DNA of 64,000 bases, taken from the NCBI GenBank assembly GCA_951406725.2, contig OX597825.1, positions 58,218,001 to 58,282,000 of the forward strand, given 5' to 3'. The stretch's first letter is position 1, and the number at the start of each line of letters is the position of its first letter. Position numbers and translations under genes: made by a program. The notes beneath the pieces are model-generated. The model made no database searches, was not told the DNA's origin, and worked only from the letters and a program-made list of their open reading frames with translations. Shown here in pieces: positions 12,790-26,185 of this stretch. Origin of the DNA: Octopus vulgaris. Lineage: Eukaryota.

Positions 12790-12984
12790 CCTTGGATTCT
12801 GCTGTGGATGCACACAAAGTTTTAACATTCTAGCTCACATCTGCTGTTTACAGCAGTGCTTGGAAGGAACATGTGTAGCATGTGTTAGGAAAAAAAATGC
12901 CATGCAAGCATTTGCTCTGGTATTTCATGTTCTGGGTTCAAATTCCACCAATGTCAACTTTGTCTTTCATTCTTCCAAATTTGC

Positions 12985-13365
12985 TGTGACCCAGTCAAAC
13001 CGTCTGAGTGTATGGGCTGCACATAAATGTACAAGTGGTTCAGACGTTTCCAAGATGGTCAAAAAAATGTTGATAGTGACAAACATTCTGGGAGACCCAC
13101 AACTAGCAGAACTGGAAAAAAAACAGTGTAGATGTGCATGCAGCTGTAAGGAGAAATCATCGAATCACCATCTGTGAGTCATCAGAAGATGTGCAGATCA
13201 GTTATGGTTCAGATCAGTCTATTATCACTGAAGATATGAGACATGTGTCTGCCAAGTTTGTGCCAAAACTACTTTCAGCTGTCCAAAAAGACACATGGAT
13301 TTCAGTTGCACAAGATCTTGCTTGTGTTGAAAATGATGGATTCCTTTTGAAAACAAGCACTGCCA
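12985..13365 (+). mobile_element. Decayed mariner transposase N-terminal fragment
   Basis: YKWFRRFQDG...HSGRPTTS...RITICESSEDVQISYGS..IITED.RHVSAKFVPKLLS (HTH plus WVPxxL-like linker). Confidence 0.75.
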
Positions 13366-15389
13366 TAAACAGGAGAAGTGAGCTAGAATGTTAAAACTTA
13401 GTGCACATGTACAACAGAGTTCAAGGTCAATCTGTGCCAAGCAGCTTCACTCTGCATGTCTTAGCTTCATTACTATGACATCCCAACTGACTGTATATCA
13501 GGGATGAGCTTATGACAACTACACTTCTGTTATTTAAAATGTGTAATATCATAGAGAGTTGGCAACTATTTTTAGCATGTCAAGTGACAATACACAGGTT
13601 CCCTTGTTGCCTCCTAGTGAGTTGCTTGTTTAGCCACAGATCAGTTCTGATAATGAAAGGCATTTTAACCACAACCATCCTATCTATTTTTTAACTGGAA
13701 TAGTGAACCACGGATTACATTATCCAATGTGTCTATTTTTTGTTTTTAAAAACCTATTCAGAAATGAGGAAAATAATCCACAATTATGCAAGGCAATAAT
13801 CGAAACATTGCTATTTTTAATTAACCTAAATGAATCCATTTCTTTTTGTTGTTTTTTCTTTTCTTTCATGTTAATGGCTCAGAAGAGGAAGGCAATCCTC
13901 CTAGGCTTTATCATAACTCCTGAGATTGGTGGGAGACCTGGACCCAAATACCTGCAACAGACTGAACTCCACTAAATGCACTCAAGAACATGATGATGGC
14001 ATTAATCCAGGTAACAGGGGTTAAGATTTAATACCTTTGAACTTTTTAACTTATTCTTCTGTTCATTCATTTTTAAGCCTGTTTTCCATGATGGCATGGG
14101 TTAGATGAATGTATTATTGAGGGCCTTATTTTATAGCAGGATGCTCTCCCTGTCACTAACTCCAAACTGTTTTTCAAGTAAGAGATATTTTACTTCATAC
14201 CTAGCGGACAGTTTCTTGATAAGAAAAATAACAACATCATCGCTTGTAGCTTGCAATTTTTGGAGGAGAGCAAATATAAACACACACACACAGATAGATA
14301 GACAGACACATATGATTGGCTTGATTCAGTTTCTGTCTGTCAGATCCACTCACAAGGCTTTGGTTCAAAGATGGCTCAGTAGTGGAGATATCATAGCCAT
14401 AGCTCAAGAGTTGTTATAGGCATTTTGGTGCATTTCTTGGTAGAATACTTTGTTACATTACCAAATAGACATCAATTGATTTAAGAATGTTACCTGCAAT
14501 AGTATGTAATCACAGCCAGATAAAAATATTTCTCTCTCATTTGTTCAGTGAATGCACTGAAATTAGAATTTATAATACCGACCCTAGAATGCCCTCTGGG
14601 GAGGCCTAAGATGCATTTATTCTACTTTGTGCCTTGTTGTATTTTAATGATTTGGAAAAAAATTACAAAAAAGAGAAAAAGCAGAAAAATTGTGGGACAA
14701 AGAATTGAGGTTATAGAAGAGTTAGCCTTTTGGACATCACCTGTGGTTCTATAATACAATATTCCTACTTTAAAGTGAGGTAAATTAAAACCTATTGAAA
14801 CTATTTCATATTAGTTTATGTTCCAGCTTAATAATGATAAAGTCATTTTGCTAAATTCTTCATTATCTTCATATTTAATTGAAACAGAGGTCAAGGAATT
14901 TCAACAGAAATACAGTAATGATAACACTGGACATAGAATGATGTATTTGTTTCTTTTGAACTTTGATAGTTTCAATTCACAAATGAAAATGATTGGTGCT
15001 GAAGTGGTGGTTGTAGTTAAGCTCAATGTCAATTTCAAACAAAACACACCTATGATCAAATACATTCCAGTCACGACCATCCTGTCTTTTTCCTCTGAGC
15101 AGAGAACAAAGCCAGGGGTAAATGATCCAACATGTTCTATTTTTAAGACAGGAAGTGTGGTATTTGAGGGAAGCTTTGCTACTGTTTCTAGCAAGTAGAA
15201 TAACCGTGTAGGAGCTATCTCAATGGCCCACAAAGTTGTCAATGAAAATGTTTCTTTAATGAAGTAATTGGAACAATAATAATCAACAAAAATTAACTGG
15301 GTTACCAATGACAGCAGCTTGTTTGTCAATTTATTTGGCTAAAAATTAAAGCAATTTTCAACTTCATTAGGTATTGTATTGCATTACTG

Positions 15390-16490
15390 GAACAAATAAT
15401 AGAGGTTTCAAATTTTGGTACAAGGCCAGCAATTTTAGAGGTAAGGGGTAAATCAAATACTTCAATTCCAGTTCTTGACAGGAACTTATTTCATTGACCC
15501 CAAAAGTAGACTTGACAGAATTTGCACTCAGAATATAATGGCTTAGAAGAAACACTGCAAAGCACTTTTTCCAACAACTTTGCCAGATCACCTCCTTAAT
15601 GATAATAATAATAATCCTTTCTATTAAAGACACAAGTCCTGAAGTTTGTGGGGAGGACATTGGTCAATTACATTGACTCTAGTGTTTCATTGGTACTTAA
15701 TTTATTGACCCTGAAAGGATAAAAGACAAAGTCAACCTCAGCAAAATTTGAACTCAGAATGTAATGATGAGCAAAATACCGCTAAGAATTTCATCCAGCA
15801 TGCTAACAATTCTGCCAGCTCACTGCCTTTTTAATAATAATGCTTTCTGCTATAGGCACAAGGCTTGAAATTTGGGGGTGGGGACTAGTCAATTTCATCG
15901 ACCCTGGTGTTTTACTGGTAATCTATCAACCCTAAAAGGATGAAGGGCAAAGTTGACCTCGGCAGAATTTGAACTCAGAATGTAGCAATGGCGAAATACC
16001 ACTAAACATTTCATCCAACATGCTAACAATTCTGCTAGCTCGCCAAAATTTTAATTATAATAATAATAATAATTGTTTCAAATTTCAATATAAGGCTAGT
16101 AATTTTGAGAGGAGTGGGTATGTTGATTACATTGGTCCCAGTACTTAATTGGTACTTTATTTTATTGACCCCCCCAAAAGGATGAAAGGAAAAGTTGGCT
16201 TCAACTGGATTCAAACTACAAGAAATGCTGCCAAGATTTTGTCTGATGCACAAAGGAATTTGCCAGCTCGTCTTTAATAATAATTTTTTCTACTAAAGGC
16301 CCAAGCCCTGAAATTTTGGTTGAGGGGACTAACTGATTACATCAACTGGAATTTATTTTATCAACCCTGAAATGATGAAAGACAAAGTTATCCATGACAG
16401 GACTTAAACTCAGAATGTAAAGAAACGCAAGAAATGCTGACAAGCATTTTGTCCCATTTGCTAATGATTCTGGCAGCTTGCCACCTTAAT
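15390..16490 (-). mobile_element. Tandem cluster of decayed Nin-type SINEs separated by (TAA)n
   Basis: Repeated GGTACTT.ATTTAT.GACCC.GAAAGGATGAAAGGCAAAGT.GACC..GGC.GAATTTGAACTCAGAA units. Confidence 0.8.
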
Positions 16491-16498
16491 AACACTAA

Positions 16499-16875
16499 TC
16501 TATATATATAAAGCTGAAGTTGTCTGTGTGTGGCAGGTTTGGTAGCCTTCAACTAACACTATCTCCTCCGAGACCCTGCGGCACAAGTTGACCAAAATTG
16601 AAAGTATGATAGAAGAAGGCTTGCTCTTCATTCCGTAGAAGATAAAATTCAAATCGGACCATGTTAAGACCAAAAATTATTTACATCAAAAAGGTGCTTT
16701 TTTTCTATGAAAATCCCTATTTTTTATGATTTTTTTACTACATTTTTCAGTGTACTTCAACCAGAAAAATGTTTAAAGAGAACAACAAGCTACATAATGC
16801 AAAATTTTTACTTCTCAAAAATTCCAATTCTAAAGGGTCAAAACAAACCCGAGCAATGCCGGGTGATACTGCTAG
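16499..16875 (+). mobile_element. Non-autonomous Helitron
   Basis: A|TCTATATATATAAAG 5' end, subterminal hairpin CCCGAGCAATGCCGGG (16848-16863), CTAG|T 3' end, no TSD. Confidence 0.8.
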
Positions 16876-17637
16876 TAATGATAATAATGGTATAATGGTT
16901 TCAAATTATGGCACAAGGCCATGAAGTTTGTGGGTGGGGGTCAGTCGATTATATATTGACCCCAGTAGTCAACTGGTACTTATTTTATTATCCCTGAAAA
17001 GATGACAGGTAAAGTTGACAGGAAAAGTTGACCTAGGTGGAATATGACTCCAGAATGTAAAAACGAACAAAATGCTGCTAAGCATTTTGCCTGACATTCT
17101 AACAGTTTTGCCAGCTAGCCATGTGAAAAGGCATTCAAGCAAGATTGTTGCCAGTGCCGCTGGATTGGCTCCTGTGCAGATGACACATAAAAAATACCAT
17201 TTGATTGTGACCATTGCCAGTGACACCTGACTGGCCCTTGTGCTGGTGGCACGTGAAAGCACCCACTACACTCTTGGAGTGGTTGACGTTAGGAAGGGCA
17301 TCCAGCTGTAGAAACTGCCAGATCAGATTGAGCCTGGTGCAGCCATCTGGTTCACCAATCCTCAGTCAAATTGTCCATCCCATGCTAGCATGGAAAGCAG
17401 ATGTTAAACGATGATGATGATGATGATGATGATGAATAATCCTTTCTACTATAGGCACAAGGCCTGAAATTTTGTGGGAGAAGGATAGTTGATTACATTG
17501 ACCTCAATACTTAACTGGTACTTATTTTATCAACTCCGAAAAAATGAAAGACAAAGTCAACCTTGGCAGAATCTGAAGTAAGCATTTACTCCAGCATGCT
17601 AAGTATTCTGCCAGCTCACTGCCTTAATAATATTGAT

Positions 17638-17999
17638 AACAAGAGCACTCTGAGAGTGCAAACCTCTGCCAAGGCAACACCAACGTCCTCTCAATGATTA
17701 GCCAGAGATGATTTTTTTTTAAGTGAGAATATCTGAAATAGACTTGACTGCTCTCACAAATGAGAATACTATAAATGAACCTGACTGCTCTCAAAAATTA
17801 AGTAAAAAAAAAAACAGGAAAAATAATCCAGAATCCTTGTCTGGGACCAGATCGATCCCAAAATCTAATCAGTTCGTGCCAGTCACGAGGCCAAACATCC
17901 CTGAAATTTCATCTGAATCCATTCTGTGGTTCTTGAGATATCTTGTCTATGGACAAACAAACAAAACACAACTGCAAACAATACCTCCACCTTAGCAGT
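17638..17999 (-). mobile_element. Helentron-associated (HINE/DINE-1-like) non-autonomous element
   Basis: Minus strand GGAGGTATTGTTT...(TGTT)n...CCTTGGCAGAGGTTT then GCACTCTCAGAGTGC terminal hairpin and CTTGTT end. Confidence 0.6.
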
Positions 18000-18810
18000 A
18001 ATAATAATAATGGTTTCAAATTTTTCCACAAGAGCAACAGTTTTGGGGGAGGAGATGAGTTAATTACATCGACCCCAGTGTTCAACTGGTACTTATTTTA
18101 TCAACTTCAAAAGGATGAAAGGCAAAAGTCGACCTCAGTGGAATGATAATTTCAATAATTTGGTACTCAATATCTAAACTTGAATAAAAATAAAGCAGCA
18201 ACTTGTCCTATCCTCAAAAAGAAAATTGCCTCCAAAGTTTACTATGAGCTTTAGGGTAAAAAAAAAGCTTTAGATTTTTGCTGACTGAATTGATACACAT
18301 ATTTAAACAACTTGTCCATCCACATTCATTCATGACATTGCTCATGAACATATCAAGGAATGGACAAGTCTGTTTGTCTCCCTACCACCCAGGTGTTGGC
18401 AACTCTGGATTGTCTTAGCTCCCACTTTTGCCCAGCACATTTGGTGAGTCTACTCAAACACAATGGTACCTTTACTTATAAGGTTTCATCAGTGGATTTC
18501 TCAATAGTAAGACTCTCCTTTGGCTCTGAATTGATGAATTGATGCTGAAGTGTTTTAGAGTGGTCAGATACATACAAAATTTTATACACACACACACACA
18601 TATATGTGTATATATTCTTTTATTCTTTTACTTGTTTCAATCATTTGACTGCAGCTATGCTGAAATACTGGCTTCAAGGGTTATTAATTGAACAAACCGA
18701 CACCAGGACTTATTCTATTGGTCTTTTTTGCTGAACTGCTAAGTTACAGGGATGTAAACACACTAACACTGGTTGTTGAACAGTGATGGGGGACAAACAC
18801 AGACACACAT

Positions 18811-18845
<35 letters not shown>

Positions 18846-19159
18846 CATGACAGGCATCTTTCTGTTTCTGTCTACCAAATCCACTCACAAGGCTTTGGTT
18901 GACCTGAGGTTATAGAAGACACTTGCTCAAGGTGCCACACAGTGGAACTGAACTCAGAACCCTGGGTTGGGAAGCAAGCTTTTTACCACTCAGTCACACC
19001 ATACATACAAAATATATACATGACCACAAAGTTGATGTTTAAATTCCTATGAAAGAATCTTGTTCCAAAGGTAGTTCCTCAATTTGAGACTAATTTGAAA
19101 AATGAAACAAAAACATTTATTGGTTTCAAATTTTGGCACAAGACCAGCAGTTTTGGGGC

Positions 19160-20372
19160 TGATATACAAGCATTTGCTCTTGCAAATGCACCACAGTTTG
19201 GTATATTTCAAAGCATCACAACACTGGCAGGACGGTTTCCTTCAGCGACATGAACTTTCTCTGAGAAGGCTGACAACTGTTCAAACTGGAAGATACAGAG
19301 GTTATTAAACGTGCACTTGCATTTAAGTCCTTTGTTGATGGGATAGATTTTTCTAAATCCTGTCTCTCCAACATGATTGCTATGGATGAAACTGCAGTGT
19401 TCATGGACCAAGGATTTCAATCGACAATTGATCAAAGGGGTGTGTTGTCAATTTACATTCCCACCATTAGTTATGAAAGTGCACAAGTTACATGTATTTT
19501 GGCAATTCATCTTGATGGAAGTAAAGCCCCACCTCTAATCAGCACTAAAGTCAGGAAGGATAAAATTGAGTGAGTTTCAGGTTCTGGAAACTGAAAAACA
19601 TGGTGCACACAAGCAGTTTTAAGAAAGTGGATCAATTTCATGCTCCCATTTATTTTGCAAGAAGGCCAGTGCAGTCTGATAGTCTGGAATTCAGCCAGCT
19701 TGCACTGAGCAAAAGACATGAAGATCTTCCTTTCAGAAAGAATAGATCAAATCATGATTCCCACAGGAGACTCTTGACATTGCATTAAATAAACCATTCA
19801 AAGACCATTTATGCATGGAAATCAATGACTACATTGAAAATAGAATGGTGAGTAATCAGTGTGGGAATTTTGTGAAACCCAGCCTGCAAGAAATTATGAC
19901 TTGGGTGACGAATTCATAGAATAAAATAACAGACAGCTGTGTCGCCAATGCACTACGAGCAGGCTGCCTGGACAAGAACTTCTCATTCAATGAGACTGCA
20001 ATTGCTCGAGAGATTGGGGATGAAAGTTCTGCAGAAAATAGAGTCACACAAAAACTCCACAGGAATTTTGGAATCTGATGATTTGCAGAACAACATTCCA
20101 GAAGATGATGACATGACTGTTTTTGAATAAATTGTTGTTAATGAGTTTCAGAGTAGAAGAACATGTAAATCATTAAGTAAATATAGATCGTTTTTCATAA
20201 TTTCAGTTAAATAAATTTCTGTTGTAATAAATCCTTTTTTGTCAATTTGTAATTTTTCATTTTGCAATGTTGTTTTACTGTACATGAAAAAATATGAGCT
20301 CCATTGAAAATAACCACTAGTGTGTCTTTTGGAGTGAAAATTAATATAAGTCATCTTATTTTCAGGGAAACA
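19160..20372 (+). mobile_element. Decayed pogo/Tigger-family DDE transposon
   Basis: FKAS.HW..GFLQRHELSLRR (CENP-B HTH), MIAMDETAVF, VTCILAIHLDGSKAPPLI, LDIALNKPFKDHL; ends in TIR-like CTTATTTTCAGGGAAACA. Confidence 0.8.
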
Positions 20373-20668
20373 TGAATATATATAAGTGTGGATGTGTATA
20401 TATTTGAAAAAATGAGTAGAGATGGCATTTTTGTGGAGATAATTTTTATTTTAATAATAATGTTTACAGCAAGTTATTCTGTTTATGAGTTTCAAGCTTC
20501 AAATAGCCCTTAAAATAGTAAAGTATATTAAAAAAATACAAAAAGCATGTGAAGAAGATGTGTGTATGTATATATACATATATACATGTATGTGTGTGTG
20601 GGTATATGTGGTGTATGTGTGTATATGCATGTATGCAATTGTATATGTATTATATATATATATGCATG

Positions 20669-20703
<35 letters not shown>

Positions 20704-20889
20704 ATATATGAGTGTATATATGTGTGTGTGTGTATATATATAAATGCATATATGCTTGTATGAATGTATGTGTGTGGGAGTGTATATGTGGTGGAGATGT
20801 GTATATATATGTATGTATATACATATATTTGTTGTATTTTTGTGTGTATGTGTATATATATATATACATGCACACATATACATACACCC

Positions 20890-21048
20890 ACAAGTTTTTT
20901 TATTCTCTGTTTATTTCCTCATATTCTTTTCCGTTGAAGAGTATACACTTAAAATGTAAAAGACTTTCTCACCTTCCCGAGCATCAAACTAATATACCTG
21001 CTTGTTGTTTATACACCTGTCTTCGTTTTTTGTTTCTCTGTAAATTTC

Positions 21049-21052
<4 letters not shown>
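20890..21052 (+). mobile_element. Short Penelope-like repeat with decayed minimal hammerhead (20925-20963)
   Basis: TCTTTT-CCGTTGA-A-GAGT-atac-ACTT-AAAA-TGTA-AAAGA keeps minimal HHR topology; flanked by TA/CA repeats. Confidence 0.4.
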
Positions 21053-21101
<49 letters not shown>

Positions 21102-21114
21102 TGTATATATATAT

Positions 21115-21396
21115 CACCATGACCAACCAAGCTATCAGATGTTGTTACACATCGCTGGTCACAATGCGCTTTGCATTGCTTTAACCTTCAAATGATGCCA
21201 TCCCGCATGCTAAGCGAGCAGGCTAACAGAAGAAAGAATGAAAGTTGTGGCAAAAGAGTACAGCAGGGATCACCACCACCCCCTGCCGGAGCCTCGTGGA
21301 GTTTTAGGTGTTTTCACTCAATAAACACTCACAAAGCCCAGCCTGGGAATCGAAACCGCGAGTCCACTGCCCTAACTACTGGGCCATTGCACCTCC
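21115..21396 (-). mobile_element. tRNA-derived SINE (third family)
   Basis: Minus-strand GGAGGTGCAATGGCCCAGTAGTTAGGGCAG A-box and GGTTTCGATTCCC B-box. Confidence 0.7.
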
Positions 21397-21413
21397 ACAC
21401 ATGTATATGTGTG

Positions 21414-21455
<42 letters not shown>

Positions 21456-21609
21456 TGTGGGTGTGCATATGTATGTGTGTATATATGTGTATGTATGAGT
21501 ATGTGTGTGTGTGTGTGTATGTATTTATGTATATAAATATACATACATGTGTGTATGTGTCTGTGTATATGTATGTGTGTACATCATACCAACTATGAAA
21601 ACTGAATGA

Positions 21610-21980
21610 AAAGGTTACCTGAAATCAGCAGACATCCCACTGGTCATCTTCTGACAGGTCAGTAATACTGACCACTCCAAAGTATTCCATTTCTTTATTC
21701 TCTCTATACTTAACTCTTCCTCCCCCTATGTTCTTAATTACTATTTTCATATTTACTTTTACTTTCAGCTTTATTTCATTTTCCCTTTTCCTTTTTCTTT
21801 CTTTCTTCTTCTTATACACAAATGCTTTTGTATTTTTACTATCTAAATTTTTTGCTACTTAAGCAACCAGTAAAACATACTGAAACTCATAAAGAGAGTA
21901 ACTCACTGTAAACATTATTATTAAAATTATTCCCACAAAAAAGCCATCTCTTCTCATTTTCTCAAATATATAATACTGTA
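21610..21980 (+). mobile_element. Penelope-like non-autonomous repeat, copy 2 of 1800-2220
   Basis: Near-identical sequence; the hammerhead is reduced to GAAACTCATAAAGAGAGTAACTC. Confidence 0.55.
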
Positions 21981-24900
21981 ACAAGAACTTTCTTTTTATT
22001 ATTTTACTCTCTCTCTCTCTGTATGTATATATATATATATATATATATGTTGTGCATGTACACATATATAAATATACACTATACATGTTGCATGGTGTGC
22101 ATATATTTTAAATAAAAAATATTGTTTATTTTTTTCTACTGCACAGTGGAACAAATAGAAAAACAAAAACAAAACAAAGGAAAAAAAAAAGACCCCAAGG
22201 AATAATAAATTAGTGGGAGTTTCTTGATCGGAACCCCTGATGATTAGATGATCAGCCCTATAGATTTCAGCAAAATTCAGAAATGGAAGTTATGTTCTTG
22301 CATTTCCAAGAGTGGCCTTAGCCAAATTGTGTGAAGTGAATTGGAGTGAAGTATTGTGAAATAACTACAACAGAAGATTTTTCAAGAATAAAAAAGAAGA
22401 ACAACAAAATTTTGACACAAGCCCTATTAAACTGGAGCTTACTTCCTCCTCTACTGTGCTCAACAAACACAGACCGTTCACACACAGATGGGTAGACTAA
22501 CAAACACATACAGAAAAGGACACACTAAACTCATAGATGAACACACACACAACACACAGATCGCATTTTTTTTTACCATTTATTCAGGAGGAATGACAGT
22601 GCTTGTGATCCGTTTTAGGGCTCCTGATACTGGTAGGATGTTTTCCTTAAACTATGTACCCAGCCTGTATACTTACAATAGAGTAATCTGCCAAAGACAA
22701 CCAAAGGGCCAGATGGTTGGGTCAGACAAGGTGACAGATTAGGTCTACCACATTTACATGTCCACAGATGAACACACTATACACACACACAGATGGACAG
22801 ATACACACACACAAGGATGTCCTATACATACAGATAGATGTCCAATACACACAGATGGGCATCTTACATCTTGCTACATATTAATGTCTACAACAGTGCC
22901 ATGCACATTAGTCCTATATCACAGCTGCTAGAAAGGGGAGGGTCTGAAAGGTTTAAGCTCTTTGACAATCTTCACAGAGATACTGCCAATAGCTATGATG
23001 TGTAAATGGCAGAGGAAAAAGCCAAAAGAGCTTTCAGACCAGTTGTAATTAAGCAGGTCAAAGAGTCAAAAGCATTTCAGCAGTGATCATTTCATTTTTT
23101 TTTCCAGCCTTACTATGTTATATAAAGGCATGTGGCCTAGTTAGGGTGTTCAATTTGCACTCATGGGAGTTGTGGGTTCAACTCCTGAACCAAGTGTTGA
23201 ATCCTTGATCAAAGGACTTTGTTTCACATTGCTCCAGTTTAAGCAGGTGAAAATGAGTACTAGTTGAGTGCTGTTGCAGCGTTCTCTCACTGTCCCCCAC
23301 CTTCCACCAATTGTCATGGCCTGTGTGTGCCACTTGGTCAAATGGTGGGAGAAATGGGAGGGAATCTAACTTTGCATGACTACACAGGATCCTAAAAAAC
23401 AACAAAAGCATGGTACATGTTATCAAGCTGTAGGCATTTGTGAATTAAGGCTGGTTCTGATAGTATGTCTAATGATATATTTATTAAGCTTGTATTTACC
23501 TTAAAAAAAAAAGTAATGCATATGGACTTTTGAGTGCTATTTGTAGCAGGCAGAGTGACAAAAGAACACTACTAATTGCCTTATCCATACATATTCATAT
23601 GCATACATATATTCACACACACACACATTATATACATATATATACATTACATATATGTACGTATATACACATATATATATGTATACATACACATATATAT
23701 ACATTACATAGGCGTAGGAGTGGCTGTGTGGTAAGTAGCTTGCTTAAAACCCACATGGTTCCGGGTTCAGTCCCACTGCGTGGCACTTTGGACAAGTGTC
23801 TTCTACAGTGGCCTCAGGTCAACCAAAGCCTTGTGAGTGGATTTGGTAGATGGAAACTGAAAGAAGCCCATCGTATATATGTGTGTATGTGTGTGTATAA
23901 GTTTTTGTGTCTGTTTGTCCTCCCAACATTGCTTGACAACAACCGATGCTGGTGTGCTTACATCCCCCTAACTTAGCGGTTCAGCAAAAGAGACCGATTG
24001 AATAAGTACAAGACTTACAAAGAATAAGTCCTGGGGTCGATTTGCTCAACTAAAGGAGGTGCTCCAGCATGGCCACAGTCAAATGACTGAAACAAGTAAA
24101 AGAGTAAAGAGTATGTATATGTGTATACATACATGTGTGTATATGCATGTATCATCATCAAAGCAGACATTAAACGATGATGATAATTATACATATGTAC
24201 ACATATATTTACACACACACACGTGTGTGTGTGTGTGCACACATAAACTAGATCTAGCATGCAATACTGTCATAACATACATGTGTCAAATATTAATAGA
24301 CCAAAACATATCTCCAGCTGTCTCCACTCCTGCAAACAAAGACCAAATTTTTTCAGAAGTGAATGAACTTTGAGATTACTTCTTAATGTCTTTAAATTAT
24401 CTCCCCTCCTATTCGAAAGTTGCTAGCAACTGCCTCCACCACCACCCATCTTTTGTGGCTTAACCCTTCTGTTTTTTCTTTTTGTTTGCTGAAGTAATTC
24501 AGGGTGAGGGTGGGGAATCTCTTGGTAGTTTAATCTTTCATGCTTTTAATTTTTCTTTCTTTCTTTTCTTACGTAAAAATACATTGCTAAATAAAAGTCC
24601 ATTTTATTACTAAAAAAAATAATTTAATATTACTGTTATAGTTTTGTCTTTCTCCAACTAATTTATTTTTTTAAAATGTATTCACAGTTTAGTTTAAACA
24701 AGTGTTTATGAGTCTTAGCCCTTCAGGATTCAAATTACTCTGTCAAATATAATGCTTATTATTTCAAGATTTTGATAATGTGATTGCTTATTTTTAGAAT
24801 GTCATTGTGTAGGGTAGGTGTGAGTGGCTGAATTTGGCCAGTCTGAGCATAACACAGGTAGAATATTTGGGCCTGATATCATCATCATTTAAGTTCGTTT

Positions 24901-25816
24901 TCCATGCTGGCATGGGTTAGGTAGTGAGTGAAAACTGGTAAACTGGGGAGCTGCACCTGGTTCCAGTCTGATTTGGCATTGTTTTTACAGCTGGATGCCT
25001 TTCTTAACACCAATCACTCCATGAGTGTAGTGGGTGCTTTTTAAGTACCACTGGCACAGGTGCCAATTACAAAAGATCAATACTGGCCACTACTACAATC
25101 TCACTTGGCTTGACAGGTCTTCTCAAGCACAGTATATCGCCAAAGGTCTCAGATACTTGTCACTGCCACCACGGGACCCAAAGTTCAAAGGGTGTTTTTT
25201 ATGCACCACTGGCACAGGAATATGGCTGGTTTAAATACTAAAGGGTTAAAGTGTGATGTCAGAAGCGACGAAATTAGAGAAAGCGTATGTAATCTATCAA
25301 GAAAGACCAATAGGTTACACACAAGTATTAACAACAGCAATTACTATAAAGTGCTCACAATAATTGTTGGCTGAAGAAAGTAATTCACTGACAGCATAGC
25401 TTATGATTACAATAGGCTGTAGTCACTATACATTGGTACATAACAGGGTGTGGTCTGTAGAATGGTTAGCTAATGGAAAGAATTTACAGCTACAGACACA
25501 CATAAATAATCATCATAATATGCATTACTTCAGCATCCACTTTTCTATGCTTGCACTGGTAAAACAGAAATTGTTGAGGCCGACCTTTCTATGGCCTGAT
25601 GTCCTATCTATCACTGACTCTCCTATTTCCAAGTGATGTATAATATTTCTTGATGGTTGGACATGTTTTTCTCGGAAGACTGCACTGCAGTAATGCTTAT
25701 TTACAACAATCACATGATGCCAAGTTAAGGACACACACATACTTGTATGTATATGTATGTGGAGGAGTATATCTTGTTTTAAAGTCAGTTTCTTTTGCTG
25801 AACTGCTAAGTTACAA

Positions 25817-25854
<38 letters not shown>

Positions 25855-26185
25855 CTGAGGCCCCCTTCGGTCACGACACTGACCATGGGATTGCACCTAG
25901 AAAGTTACCCTTCCAGGCACAAGTCCGGGCAAGGTTGTTTACGGAAGACCAGAAGTCACCCATGCATACCAGCCTCCTCTCTCTACGCTACCAGTGTTAT
26001 CCAAGGGACAGGCAAGGGCCGATACAGCTTGGCACCTGTGATGTCGCAACTCATTTCTACAGCTGAGTGAACTGGAGCAACATGAAATAAACTGTCTTGC
26101 TCAAGAACACAACACGCAGCCCGGTCCAGGATTTGAGCTCAGAACCTCACGATCATAAGCTTGACGCTCTAACCACTGAGCCATG
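25855..26185 (-). mobile_element. tRNA-derived SINE
   Basis: GGCACATGGCTCAGTGGTTAGAGCG A-box and a TTCTTGAGCAAGACAG..TTGCTCCAGTTCACTCAGCTG body shared with 2755-3074. Confidence 0.7.

Noticed and set aside
14818-15329. Overlapping 126-aa and 142-aa ORFs
   Set aside because: Include a common interspersed repeat (about 15075-15220); no recognisable domain or splice pattern.
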